Shown in pieces: positions 52,051-64,000 of a DNA stretch of 64,000 nt. A model generated the notes under the pieces. The model was given only the letters and a program-made list of their open reading frames with translations. It was not told the origin of the DNA and did no database searches. Source of the stretch: Emiliania huxleyi CCMP1516 (lineage: Eukaryota); NCBI RefSeq assembly GCF_000372725.1, contig NW_005201403.1, positions 1 through 64,000 of the forward strand, in the 5' to 3' direction. Position 1 is the first letter of the stretch. Every line of letters starts with the position of its first letter. The position numbers were made by a program, and so were the translations under genes.

Positions 52051-53309
52051 ATGGCAGCCCCACCCGCCTCACTCAAGGCCATCAAGCCCTATCTCGATCG
52101 CGGCTCGGAGATCAAGGCGCGGGACCCGATCGTCGCCTACCACTGCCGCCTCTACGCGCTGCAGGTGCGCCGGCTGGACAGCGCACAGATCCGCGTCCTC
52201 ACCGCCACCCCGCCTGTCCGTATCTCTCTCTGTAGGAGGCGATGCGGCTGCGATCGACGGTGCCCAAGGAGGACATGGTTTATGTTCTCGGGCTGATGGA
52301 TGATCTCGAAAAGGAGTGCCGCCTGCCGCGTGCCCCGGCGTGACAGCAGCGGTTCCCAGCCCATCGCACCCTTGCACAACAGGAGAAGGCTGGCTTGGGC
52401 GACCTCGACGACGCGGCCGCGGTGGTGGAGAACTTCGGTCAGGAGCTCTTCCTCAAGGCGGCTTGATAACCTTAACCCTAACCCTTGTCTCACAGCCTTG
52501 TCTCACAGCCAACCCGCCGCGCCACCATCGCGCCACGCTTTGCAGGCGGACGATGCCGACCGGGCGGGCAAGTCGGACATGCGCACCGGCAAGGTGACCC
52601 GCCAGCCACCCTCGCGTCCAGCCCCAGCGCTAACCTCGCCGCCCCCCCCTCCCTGGGCAGGCTTTCCTGGCGGCCTGCCACGTGCTCGAGGCCTCTCCAG
52701 CCCACCGCCTCTCCAGCCCACCGCCTCTCCAGCCCACCGCCTCTCCAGCCCACCGCCTCTCCAGCCCACCGCCTCTCCAGCCCACCGCCTCTCCAGCCCA
52801 CCGCCTCTCCAGCCCACCGCCTCTCCAGCCCACCGCCTCTCCAGCCCACCGCCTCTCCAGCCCACCGCCTCTCCAGCCCACCGCCTCTCCAGCCCACCGC
52901 CTCTCCAGCCACCGCCTCTCCAGCCCACCGCCTCTCCAGCCCACCGCCTCTCCAGCCCACCGCCTCTCCAGCCCACCGCCTCTCCAGCCCACCGCCTCTC
53001 CAGCCCACCGCCTCTCCAGCCCACCGCCTCTCCAGCCCACCGCCTCTCCAGCCCACCGCCTCTCCAGCCCACCGCCTCTCCAGCCCACCGCCTCTCCAGC
53101 CCACCGGCCATCTCTCCGCAACGGCGCCTCAAACCCAGCGCCCGAGGCCGCTGCCTCCCGCAGGCGTGCAAGCAGTTTGGAGAGCTGCCGCTCGACCTCG
53201 AGGAAAAGATCAAGTACGCAAAGGCGCGACGGAGCCGAGATGCAGCCGAGATCAGACAAGATCAAGCAAAACGTGGCAACAGCTCTGACGCCATTCTCTC
53301 TTTCTCATG

Positions 53310-53376
<67 letters not shown>

Positions 53377-53389
53377 ACTCACTCACTCA

Positions 53390-53482
<93 letters not shown>

Positions 53483-54528
53483 GCACGCACGCACGCACAC
53501 GTGCTGAAGTCTCTTTCTGCTCCGCCGCCACTCTGCCTCTCGCCCCGCCGCAGGTGCGCTTCGTCAAGATTGCAAAGGCGACGAAGGAGGGTCGCCCAGT
53601 CACTCCGCCGCCCGGCACCGAGCCCCCCGTCGCAGCAGACGCCTCTTCGGACCCCGTCGGCGCGCCTCGCCCCAGCCCACCACTGCCTCCGCCAGCAGTC
53701 TCGCCGCCACGGCCTGATGTCGCCCGCAACTCGCCACCCCGCGCCACCTCCGCCGCCGCGGCGCCTCCCCCCTCCCTCGCGCCCAAGGCGCTCCTGCCGC
53801 CGCCTCAGGCGACCCGGACCCGCCGCCACCCGACTACCCGCCTCCGCCTCCGCCCGGTGCAAGCCTCCGCCTTCGACTGCCCGCCACTGCGCCGCCTCCC
53901 CCGCGCCTCTGACCTCCGCCCCTCGTGCCCCCCCCCCGCCCAGGCGACGCGCCGCCCTCGTACCTCTCGCTGCCCGAGGCGCCTCCCTCCGGGAGAGGGA
54001 GCTACGACGCGCTGCCGCCGCCCCCGCCGGTCCCAAACCTGCCGGGTGCGCCGCGCCGCCGCCGCAAGAGCGCTTAAAGCCACCGCCCCTACCCATCGGC
54101 CCCTCCCGTGCTTCCCCCCCCCCCCCCTTCTAGAAACGCCGAGTGCGCGCGGGTCCTCCGCTCTGCCGGGCGGCTTGCCGTCGCCGCACCAGTCTCGCGC
54201 CCGCCCCCGAACCCGACCGCTGTCTGCCGCTCCGTGTAGGCACGCCGGGCAGCTCGGTGCCGCCGGTGCCGCCGTACAATTTTGCAGCGCCGCCCCCGCT
54301 GCAGAGCGGCTTCAAGCCGACGGCATCGCAGACGCGGGAGGCGAGGCGGGCGGGTGCAGCTGCGGCGCCTCGGGAGGGCGTCCGGACGCCGCGTGGCATC
54401 GCTTGTAGGCGATCGGGCTCTGCCAGTCCGCCATCTCGGCACTCCAGTTCCGGGACCACGAGACGGCGGTCAGCACGCTCTCCGCCGCGATCGGCCTTTT
54501 GTGCTCGGGCGCGCCGCCGCCGGCGTGA
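52051..54528 (+). CDS. VTA1: Vta1/LIP5, Vps4 cofactor (tandem MIT domains, Pro-rich linker, VSL domain)
   Basis: LKAIKPYL...DPIVAYHCRLYALQ, LF.KADDADRAG, KYAK, and C-terminal AISALQFRDHETAV..L..AI.LL. Confidence 0.9.
52691..53106. repeat. Intronic 16-bp tandem repeat (GCCTCTCCAGCCCACC), about 26 copies
   Basis: Read directly; begins at the inferred GC donor of a VTA1 intron. Confidence 0.95.
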
Positions 54529-55136
54529 TGGAGCGCCCAAGCCGGGCGGCAGGCAGCTCAATAGCTCGCGGCAATCCACGCACCGCGCCGTTTGGCCGCC
54601 GAAGAGAGGTAGAGAGCGTCGCCGAGACTGTTTGCCCCGAGCTCCCGACACCAAGGGGTCTGTGCAGATTTGGTGTGTCGTGTGAGCCAGGGTGAGAGGC
54701 GTGGTATGGTTCTCGTGCGTGTGCGTCGCACCTCTTTAAGGTTCTTCGCACTTCGGGCCCCGCTTTAGCGCTTTAAAGGGGGACGAACCGAACCACCTCT
54801 GCCCGGCCCCTAGAAGTAGAACCCCACCGCCCACCCCGCGACCCCACGTAAGGGCTATAAGGGGTAAGGCCCAGAGGTGTGGCCTACGGCTTTACGCTAG
54901 GCCCTAGCCCTAGGGCATCACAGAGAAGGGACCAAGAAGAAGACAAGTCCAGTCTGAGCCATAAAGCCCATGTCTTCGCCCCCGAAGGTCGCGTTCAAAT
55001 GCCCGGAACCTACGGCCGTCTAGACACTAGAGTGGTGTCCGGCCGGCGCGATCACCGAGCTGTGACGCTCAGGGAAGTGCGGTGATCTCAGGCCCAGTGA
55101 GGCAGTGCATCCGACTATCCCTGATCATCGGCTGAA

Positions 55137-55957
55137 CTGAGCCCTGGCTGTCAGGCTGTCAGGTGCTTCAGGTGATCTGTCGGTCTGTCGGGCAGCTGTC
55201 AGGCACTGCCAGGTGCCTCTGTCAGACCAGCTGTCACAGGTGCTGTCAGTGCTGTCAGGTGCTGTCGGGTGCGTGTCTGACAGTCGAGGTGATCTGTAGC
55301 TGTCGGGTGCTGTCGGAGCTGTCGGGTGTTGCTGCCAGACGCTGTCGGAGCTGTCGGAGCTGTCAGGCTGCTGCTGCTGTCAGACGTTGGGCTGTTGCTG
55401 TCGGGTGCTGTCAGGTGGTGCTATCGGGGTGCTGTCAGGCTCTGACACACACCAGCCACACTTATAACACTATCAGGAGGAGACCAGCAGGACTCTACTA
55501 CACATACTCTAGCCTCTACTCTGCCTCCTACGGCGTGATCACGCCGGCGGCGGCGGCCGCCTGGGGAGCGCAGATGGCGGCGCAGGCGCAGGCGGCGGCG
55601 GCGGCACAGACGGCGGCGGCCACCCCCACCCAGACGCCGTAGGCATATGGCTGTAGGGCCCCTGAAGAGTTAGGCACAAGAAAGAGGCTCTACGGGGTCT
55701 CTGTACGGTCTGTGCTGCTGTCGGGCTGTCAGCGCTGCTGTCAGGCCACTGTGTGCTGTCGGGCTGTCAGGCAGCTGTCAGGCTGTCACGTTAGGGCCTG
55801 ACAGCGACGGGTCACCTCGACTGTCAGACTCTACTGTCAGGCTGTCAGATACGTGCTGTCAGGCTGTCAGAGAAAGTGCTGTCAGCGCTGTCAGGCTGTC
55901 GGGCACTGTCAGGCGCTGTCTGGGGTTTGCTGTCAGGCTGTCAGACCAGGGCTTCAG
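55137..55957. mobile_element. Non-autonomous DNA transposon with 8-bp TSD and dense CTGTCAG/CTGTCGG subterminal repeats (hAT-like)
   Basis: CGGCTGAA at 55129-55136 and 55958-55965; termini CTGAGCCCTGG and CCAGGGCTTCAG. Confidence 0.8.
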
Positions 55958-56109
55958 CGGCTGAACAAGAAGCTCCTCTTGTAGCTCGATCGGTCACACC
56001 GCCATCAATCACCGTCGACGTCTCTGCACCTCGATCCTTGTTTGTTATGCCCCCCCCCCCCCCCCTTTACACACCAGCGAGGGAGGGCGAGACGATCGAG
56101 GTTCCCGTA

Positions 56110-56179
56110 AAAGAAAGAAACCAGCCAACCCAAGGGAGGGATGGGAGGACGGCACGCCGCCACCACACAGGGATTTTAA
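56110..56179 (-). mobile_element. 70-bp retroposon of the (TTTC)n-tailed family with 13-bp TSD
   Basis: CGAGGTTCCCGTA at 56097-56109 and 56180-56192; the insert is the reverse complement of the 5873 repeat. Confidence 0.8.
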
Positions 56180-56610
56180 CGAGGTTCCCGTACCAGAGCC
56201 ATACACACCACAGCCAGAGGCAGAGCCACGCCTCGCGCTTACGCCGCGCACCTGCCCACCCACCTCTCACCTAACTTTCTCTGAGCTACCCCCAGTATCG
56301 TAGTCTTTGTTAGTATCGAGGTCTCGCGAGTTTTGGGGGTTCTCGGCGCCGCGACAGCGCTGCGAGCAGCGCGATGCCACGGCGCTCGGCCTGCTGAGAG
56401 AAGACGTTCCCGGACGGCAGTGAGTGACAATTTACCCGACATCAATCGTCGACGGCAACCTCGAGAACTGCGCCTCCAAAGTCGCCCAGATTCGCCTCTC
56501 GCGGCGCGCTGAGTTAGTATCGCCGGCCGGTGCGCCAGCAGGCTCTGCTCCACAGCAGGGCATGCTTCACACCTCGTAAACCCCCCATAACCCTTCGGGG
56601 TTATAATATA

Positions 56611-56699
56611 CTCTCGTGAGGCTGTGAAAGCACGCCCAACCTAGCGGATTTGGGTACTTGCCCCCAATGTCAAGTGCGTCTGTTCACAGCTCACGAGAG
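56611..56699. mobile_element. 89-bp MITE flanked by TA (Tc1/mariner-like)
   Basis: TA-CTCTCGTGAGGCTGTGAA ... TTCACAGCTCACGAGAG-TA; related half copy at about 25710-25762. Confidence 0.65.
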
Positions 56700-56724
56700 T
56701 AGGTTATAATAACGACCAGGCAGC

Positions 56725-57799
56725 ATGTTGGTGGTGGGCACCATGTTGGGCACCCTCGCGGTGCTGCCCGCGCCGCGCAGCCCGTTGCTGGGCAAGCCGC
56801 GAGCCGTCGTCACCGGGGGCGACACCGGCCACTTAGTCTACGGCAAGTTGCAGCGCGCGGCGACGCTGCCGGGCACGCGACTCTCAAAGGAGCCGCAACA
56901 ATCGCCAAGCAACCCAAGCACAAAAATCGCCGCCGATCCGCACTCTCGCGATTGTAGGATCCCATCGCCGCCGTCGCGGACCAGGGCCGCCTGCGCGGCG
57001 TGCTGTGGCAGCAATTCGCCATGGCAAGCGTGCCCGGTGCCGACCAGCTCGACCTCGAGTACATAAACACTCGCCGGATCGACGGATGCCTGCTCTTCAT
57101 CGACGCGACGAAACCACGCTCCGCAGCACCCGGCCTGCAGCTGCCGTTCCCCAACCCCTTCTCCTCCCTGCCCAGTCCGTTCGGCGGAGCGGCGGGTGCC
57201 GCCCCTCCGCTCGACCTCGCAGCCTTGCTCGAGGTCGCAGAGTCTCGCGGCGCCGTGCATTGCTACGTGCTCGCCGACTCCGACGCGGCGGCGGAGAGCG
57301 GCGCGCTTCTCGAGGGCGCAGGGCGGAGCGGCGCGCTGCGCCTCACGCTGCTGGCGCCCGAGGACGGGATCGCGCTGCGCAGCACGGCCGGTTGGACGTG
57401 CGGCCAGCTCCAGGACCACGAAGGCGTGTGCTGGAGGGGCATGTCGACGTAGGGCATGCGCTAGGTCCGTCCTAGGAGCCTGCCAGGCAGCCACCCCCCG
57501 TAGGCGTGCTAGAGGGGCCGCTCGCTGTCCGGGACGCGTCGCCCGCCTTTGCGGACGGCGGCGGCGGCGGCGGGGATGGCGGCGGCGACGGCGGCTACGC
57601 CGCGGCTACGCCGCAGGCGGCGGCGGCGGCGAGGGAGCGGGCCGCGCGCGCGAGAGAGGCGGCGGCGGCGCTGCGGGCGGCGGCCGAGGGGGCGGCCGAG
57701 GGGACGGGATTCGGCGGCGGCGTGCTGCCGCGGGAGGACTTCGCCGAGTTGGCGGTGCAGACGGCGATCCGGTGCGCGCGGACGGCGCAGGAGCCTTAG
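56725..57799 (+). CDS. Hypothetical protein with signal-peptide-like N-terminus, possibly plastid-targeted, multi-exon
   Basis: Hydrophobic start MLVVGTMLGTLAVLPA, Rossmann-like AVVTGGDTG, REDFAELAVQ near the C-terminus. Confidence 0.55.
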
Positions 57800-59264
57800 A
57801 TGCGGGAGGCGTCAGAGTGGCGAGGACGGCCAGTTCTGCCCGCTGGACGGGCTATTCAGCAGATCTATCGCAAAGAGGGCGATGGAGCGGAGGCACGCCG
57901 CAGCGGCAGGCAAAATGAAATGGTGCGAAAACGCTCTCCCTGTGCCGCCCCCCCCCTTCCTCCCGCTCCCCCTGCGGGCTAGCTGCCATGGTTAGCTGCG
58001 CCGCCTATGCGGCTGCCGAAGACAGTCCACACTCAGAGGAGAAGGTTGCAGAAGGTACGGCGGCCCGAGCACTTCCCGCAGGTGCTCTGGATGCACAGCA
58101 CGGTGGCGAACCCCGTGTCGATGCCGTAGGCGGACGAGGGGGCGCCTCCGCTGCGCGTCGTGCGCGTCGCTCCCGCTTCGGGCGGCAGGCAGCAGCTCAC
58201 CGAGCGTCCGCGCGTCTCGTACGACTCGGTGCGTTGGAATGCGGAGCATAGTGAAGCCGCTTCGGTGACCTTGGACGCCCACTCAAGCCGGGTGGCGTTT
58301 TGTGCCGGCGAGCTAGTTTGTGAGGATCTAGACGCGTTCCCCAGTGGCTGGAGCGACGTCTCGCTCCATGAGCGCCGCTCTCGTGCCGCAGCCGTGTAGC
58401 ATCGCCCTGTGTGTGCGGGCACGCCTCGCTTTGCGACACGCGTTGGATGTGGGGCGGGTGGGGGGGTGGGGGGGGGGGGGGGGGGGCCTCCAAAATCTGA
58501 CCCCCAACCTGCTGGGGCCCAGGGGATCCCGGGCCCAAAATTCCCCAAGGGGCAAGGCGTCGTGAGCTCCGCCGACTGGAGCGCGGTGCTCGCGCCGTTT
58601 GGCGTGGTGCGCGAGAGCGACCCCGCGGACTGGCGGCGCCTCGTCTCGGTCAGCGGGGGGGCGGCGCGCTGGTGACGCTTCGAGAGAATCGAGACGGACG
58701 AGCTGGACGTGAAGCCGGACGTGACGCCCTGGAGCTGGCGCGTTTCCCGGGGCGACCCCGTGGGAGAAAGGACTAAGGCGGCCCTTCGGTTCCTGTCGAC
58801 AGTTAAGGTAAGGTAAAAAGTAAGGTACACTTCTCCACAGACCACACACACGGCACACGCCTCGTCACGCTCACGGAGCTCACGCGCGGCGTGTTGCACC
58901 TCGATCCTGTATCGTGTTTGCAAACGTTATGCCCCCCCCTCCCAAATCGCCAGCGTGTGTCTGTGTGCGACGTCGTGCTCGTGACTGTGAGGTTCTGTCT
59001 ATGTATGGTAGGAAGGTGAAGAACAGTCAGGCTCGTAGGTAGGTAGGTAGAAAGGCGAAGAACAGCCAGGCTCGGACTGGACACCAACGCGGTATGGGTG
59101 GACGCGAGACAGATGATGACGACACGCACGAGCGACACACAGACACAAACAAGCTCACAAGACACACAGCCAGCTCGGACTAGCCGAGCAAAAAAAACAC
59201 CTCCAGCGCGCCCACAGCTGCGGCGCGCTTTCGACTTCCGCCTCCCGTCCCAGACAGTCGCCGA

Positions 59265-61761
59265 ATGTGGTGGCTGGTGTTCTCGTTGGCACGCCATGGC
59301 GAGCAAGCGGCGCTGGTCAAGCTCCGCGGTGGCGCCAAGGGCGGCGGCGGCGGCGGCGGCACGGAGGGCGCCTCGGCAGCGTCACTCCGGGAGCTAAAGT
59401 CGCTGCTGGAGACGCTCGAGTCTCGCGTGGTCGCCCTCGCCTCCCCGGCTGAGGGAGAGGGCAGCGGTGGTGCGACGGCCGAGCGGAGGGGCGCTGGCTC
59501 GGGCAGAGTGCTCGGCGGCCGCGATGTGAGCGGGCCTGACACCAGTGGGGCCGCCGTGATGGTGGAGCCGTCGGCGGGAGATCGCGTTCGCGTCCGGGCC
59601 GAGGTGAGCCGGCCGCGGTATGAGTGGGGCGGCGTGCGGCGCGGCGCTGTGGGCACGCTCCTGAGGTTCTCGGGCGACGAGTGCATCGTGGACTTCCCCG
59701 CCTGCCGCCGCTGGCGCGGGCTCCTCTCCGAGATGGAGAGGGTGACGGCCGCGGAGCAGGTTAGGGTTAGGGTTAGGGTTAGGGTTAGGGTTAGGGCTCC
59801 TCTCCGAGATGGAGAGGGTGACGGCCGCGGAGCAGGTTAGGGTTAGGGTTAGGGTTAGGGTTAGGGCTCCTCTCCGAGATGGAGAGGGTGACGGCCGCGG
59901 AGCAGGTGCCTCACGTCTCTCTTTTCCTCCCTCTCCCTCACCACGCGGGCGCACAGCCGCTCAGCTGGCTCAGCCGGCGCCCCCTCACCTAGCTTCCCTC
60001 ACCCAGGTGCCTCGCGTCGGAGACACGGTCCGGCTCCGCCCGACAAGCCGGCCGCCGGCGCTCGCCTGGCCCTCTGTCGCAGGGCCGGCTGCCGAGGCGG
60101 CCGGCGGGGCGGAGGCGGGCCTGGCGGAGGCAGAGGCGAGTCGGGGAGGGAGGGAGGGGGTGCGTCTGGCGGTCGTGGTCGACCTCCTTCTCGACGACGA
60201 GGAGAGGGAGGTGTGCCAGCTGCGGGCGGCCGCCGGCAACCGCACCGCCGCGCCTGAGCGCCCCGCCGAGGCGGAGGGCGGTGGCAGCCGGCTGGCTGGT
60301 AGCTGGCTGGCCTTGGTCGATGAGGTGGAGGTGGTGGATGCGGCGTCGGGCGTGCCGGTCGAGCCCACCCGCCGCGGCAGCGACGGCGCCGCAGGCTCGC
60401 ACGCGCAGGGACCAGAGGCGGCGGCGGCGGCGGCCCTTTCGTCGCTCGCGGCATCCGGAGCGCTCGAGGCGGCGCTGGGCGAGCGGTCGGCACGCGCGGA
60501 TGTGCGCTCGCCCGGCGCCCTCGCCACGCGGCTGGGCTGGGCGCTCGGCGCCTCCGCCGCTCGCGCTGTGGCGAGCGGCAGCCTGGGCCCTCGAGGCGCG
60601 CCCTTGGGCCCTTGGGCCAGCCGTACAAGCCGGAGGGCGGGGCCCAGAGGAGCCTTCTTGGAACCCTCTTGGAGCCTTCCTGCAGGCCAGCCAAACAAGC
60701 CGAAGGGCGGGGCCGCGGGCACCAAGGCGGACTCCCCCGACAAGGCGGCGGAGGCCGCGGCGGCGGCGGCGGCGGTCGGCGGCGCGCGGGTGGGCGGGTT
60801 CGCCGCCTCCCTCGCCCTCCACCTCGCCCGCGGCTTGTCCCCGTTCCTTTGGTTTCTGTGGACTCTCGGCTCGCGCCTCTCGCTCCTCCCGCGCCGCCCA
60901 GCACATGGCGAGGACGTGTCCAGGACACGTCCCGTAGGCGCGTACCTCTCCCTCCTCGCCGTCCTCGCCGACACATCCCTCTCGCGCCTAGTCGCCACCG
61001 CCGCCGCGACACTCCCCGCGCTGCTCGGCGCCCCCGCCGCCGCCCGCGGCCTTGCACCGCCGCCGCCGGCCAGCAGCTCGGTGCCGCCCGCGCTCTTTGC
61101 TTTGATGCGGCTCCCATCGATGGTCGCGAGTGGCGCGCTGCTGCACGCTCTCTGCCTCAAGCCGGTGCTGCCTCGCTGTCTGCGCTCGCTCGCGTGCGGC
61201 TTCGAAGAGGGCTTTCGCGCCGCGACGCGCGGCGGGTGGCGCAACGGCGCCAACGCCGCGGCGCGTGCCGCTCTTGAGCGCGAGGAGGCGCTCACCCACC
61301 TCCGCCCCCTCCCTTGCCCCCTTCCTGCCCCCGCTCCGCCCTCCCCAGTCCCCTGCCCGCCCCCTCCCGGGAGGCCGCGCTCGCTGTGCAAAAAGGCGCT
61401 GCTTCGCTCCGTCTCCGGATCGCTGCGGCGCGCCGCAGCTGTCGTGCAGGCGCTTCGGCCAGAGAGCCTCTCCCCCCGCTTCTCCCCCCGCCTCTCCCCC
61501 CGCCTCTCCCCCCGCCTCTCCCCCCGCCTCTCCCCCCGCCTCCCCCCCCGCCTCTCCACCCGCCTCTCCACCCGCCTCTCCACCCGCCTCTCCCCCACCA
61601 GCTGGATTGAGCACGCCGGCATCACATTGAGCTCTCCCCCGGACAATCAGGCGGCGCGCGCTTCGTCCATCTCCATCGCAGTCCTCGTTGCTGTCGAGTG
61701 GCTCTCGCGCCAGCTCCCGCTGCCGCCGCAACCATTAAGCGATGCTTCGACTATCAATTGA
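59265..61761 (+). CDS. Protein with MIB/HERC2(KEG)-like SH3 repeat(s) and C-terminal hydrophobic segments, multi-exon
   Basis: GDRVRVRAEVSRPRYEWGGV..GAVG.......CIVDFP....WRGLLSEMERV, with a second degenerate RVGDTVRL. Confidence 0.65.
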
Positions 61762-62332
61762 AGGCGGAGGGTGAGCCAGTGCAGCCGCCGGCACAAGGAA
61801 CCGAAGCCAACGTTGCTGGCGTGGAAGTCCAAACAAAGAGGCGAGAGAAGTGCACTGTGCGGTTGCGGGATGGGAGGCAGTCTCAGGCGCCTTTATCGCA
61901 GCGTGTGAGAGTGTCTGGGTGAGGTTTGCGGAAGCGAAGTGGCCGCGCGTGTGTGGTTCTGGAGAACGCGAGAGTTCTGAGAGTTCTGTATTATTTGATG
62001 CGAGCACCCGTTCCCCCCCGGAATTCGCAAACAATGTGTGACGAAACGCAAACGGCGGTTTAAAAAGTGATTGCTTTTGACTTTTGTGTGGCACCATGTG
62101 GTGCAAATGTAGAGCTATACACCTAGAGGTAGAGCTACACGCACACACGGTGTGTGTGTCTGTGTTATAATAGGACATGGACACCGACATGAAAGCTGCG
62201 CTGTTGTGAGGTGTCTATCATGTTCATGTATGTGTCTGTGTCCAATGCGTGTGTACAGAGCGGCCACAGCGCATGAGTACCCATGATCATCTGGGTGCCG
62301 ACCCGTCTATATCTAGCCGTCTTTCTCTAGAG

Positions 62333-64000
62333 CTACCTCTTCCCCTTCTTGCCGCCGAATCCGCGCACGGAAAGCGGCACGAGGCCATACCGGCGCTTGG
62401 GCTTCACAGCAGGTGGCGCAGACGCCGTGGCCGCCGTTCTCGTTCGCTCCTTCCCGGCCGGCGGCCGCGCCGCCGGCGCTGCGCCGAATGCCGGCGGCCT
62501 CGCAGCAGCGGCCGCGGCGATCGCCGGCGCCTCGGCGTCAGAGAGGCGGTTGTAGCCGCGGGCTGCTGGCGGTGCGGGCGCGCCACGCCTCTTCGTTGAG
62601 AAGTCGGCGAAGGAGAGCGAGAGCTCGGAGTAGGTTTGCTCGAGGCCTCGCGACCTCCGGCTCAGCTCGAGCAGCCGCGCCTTGACGAGGAAGACGAGGA
62701 AGTGTCTAGGAAGTGTCTAGGAAATGTCTAGGAGCAGCCGCGCCTTGACGAGGAAGACGAGGAAGTGTCTAGGAAGTGTCTAGGAAATGTCTAGGAGCAG
62801 CCGCGCCTTGACGAGAAAGACGAGGAAGTGTCTAGGAAGTGTCTAGGAAATGTCTAGGAGCAGCCGCGCCTTGACGAGGAAGAAGAGGACCTGCGCACAG
62901 CCGACAAGGGTGAGCGGGGGGAGGGGGGGAGGCGCATCGCCTCGGCGAGGGGCGAAGAGGACCGTCATCGCGGGAAGTGTCTAGGAAGTGTCTAGGAAAT
63001 GTCTAAGAGGACCGTCATGGCGGGAGCGAAGAGCAGCACGGCGAGAGTGGCGCCCTGCCCGTCGCGGGCGAGGAAGCGACCCGCCATCGCAGAGACGGAG
63101 GAGGCGCCTGCAGGAAGGTTCCAAGAAGGTTCCAAGAAGGTTCCAAGAAGCGACCCGCCACCGCAGAGACGGAGGAGGCGCCCGGCGGCGCCGCGCGCTG
63201 CGCCTCCTCGCCTGCGGGCAGCTAGAGGCGTCAAGAGAGTACCGCTCGCAAGCTCGCAGCGCGCGCTGCGCTCCCTCGCCTCGAGCGACCAGCGACTCCA
63301 CCTGCTCGTCGATGAGCCAGCCAAAGGGGACGAACGTGTCGCGCAAGACGAGGACCTGCCGCGGCGCGACAGAGCCTCAAGGCCGCAGAGAGGGGGTGGG
63401 GTGGGGTGGGGTGGGGGCGGGGAGAGCGGGCACCCATCCCCATCCGACAAAGAAGGCCATCGCGCCCGAGATGAAAGCCCTCTCTGACTGGGCGCGGTCC
63501 TAGGCCGAGATCGACCGAGATCATCCGAGATCACCCGAGATCTTCCGAGATGAGAGCCCTCTCTGACTGGGCGCGGCCTTCGAGATGGCGCCGTCGCCGC
63601 CGCCGACAAGGCAGAGCCAGAGGACGCATCCGGCGGTGAGGGCGAGAGTGACGGCGAGGTTCTGCAGCGCGACGTGCAGCGTCGGCTTGGCGTACAGGGT
63701 GGGGACGAGGTCGCACACGACGTCCGTCCACGCGCAGCCCGCTACCCACCCGAGCGTGGCCTGTGGGCGCGGCTGGGCGGGTCGCGGAGAGGAGCATCGG
63801 AGATGTGCACGCGTGGGCCATCGCTGCAACGTGGCCTCGGGTACTCTCGGCCCATCTACGGCTCATCTCGGCCCCTCTCGGCCCACCTCGGCTCATCTCG
63901 GCTCCTCTCGGCCCCTCTCGGCTCCTCTCGGCCTGCGCGAGGTTGGAGAACTCGACCAGCGCCTCGTCCTTCTTTGCCTTCATCTCCAGCGCCGCCACGC
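62333..64000 (-). CDS. 3' part of a multi-pass membrane protein gene running off the window
   Basis: Hydrophobic exons (ATLGWVAGCAWTDVV, LAVTLALTAGCVLWLCL, LAVLLFAPAMTVL) separated by repeat-filled introns; stop near 62333. Confidence 0.6.

Noticed and set aside
35443..54528. BRO1 and VTA1 as an ESCRT gene cluster
   Set aside because: They are 15 kb apart with unrelated genes between; chance proximity is sufficient

Overview
Left end of a very GC-rich eukaryotic chromosome. It opens with a (CCCTAA)n telomere, subtelomeric satellites and a second internal telomere tract. About 20 protein genes follow, many intron-rich with frequent GC-AG introns: UDP-glucuronate 4-epimerase, a C-type lectin membrane protein, a probably organellar type IIA topoisomerase, NDUFAF8-like, an FAD oxidoreductase, a 2OG-Fe(II) oxygenase, BRO1-UBA, importin-13/transportin-like, glycosyltransferase-like genes, a DMT transporter, enoyl-CoA isomerase, Vta1 and an SH3-repeat protein. 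The style (TTAGGG telomere, very high GC, GC donors, 10-11 bp intronic repeats) suggests a haptophyte such as Emiliania/Gephyrocapsa; this is inference. The strongest unexplained signal is a recurrent insertion type: a 14-44 bp direct duplication of exon or splice-junction sequence separated by a filler of telomeric repeats or one of a few shared ~11-mer repeat families. In several cases one duplicate plus filler is exactly a spliceable 67-78 nt intron, which points to an intron-generating, target-duplicating repeat-insertion process. Intergenic DNA holds a CRE-like retrotransposon 3' end, TSD-flanked mini-retroposons, (GA)n/(TC)n-capped elements, a Helentron-like element and several MITEs. 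Exon boundaries and family assignments were made by eye and are approximate.
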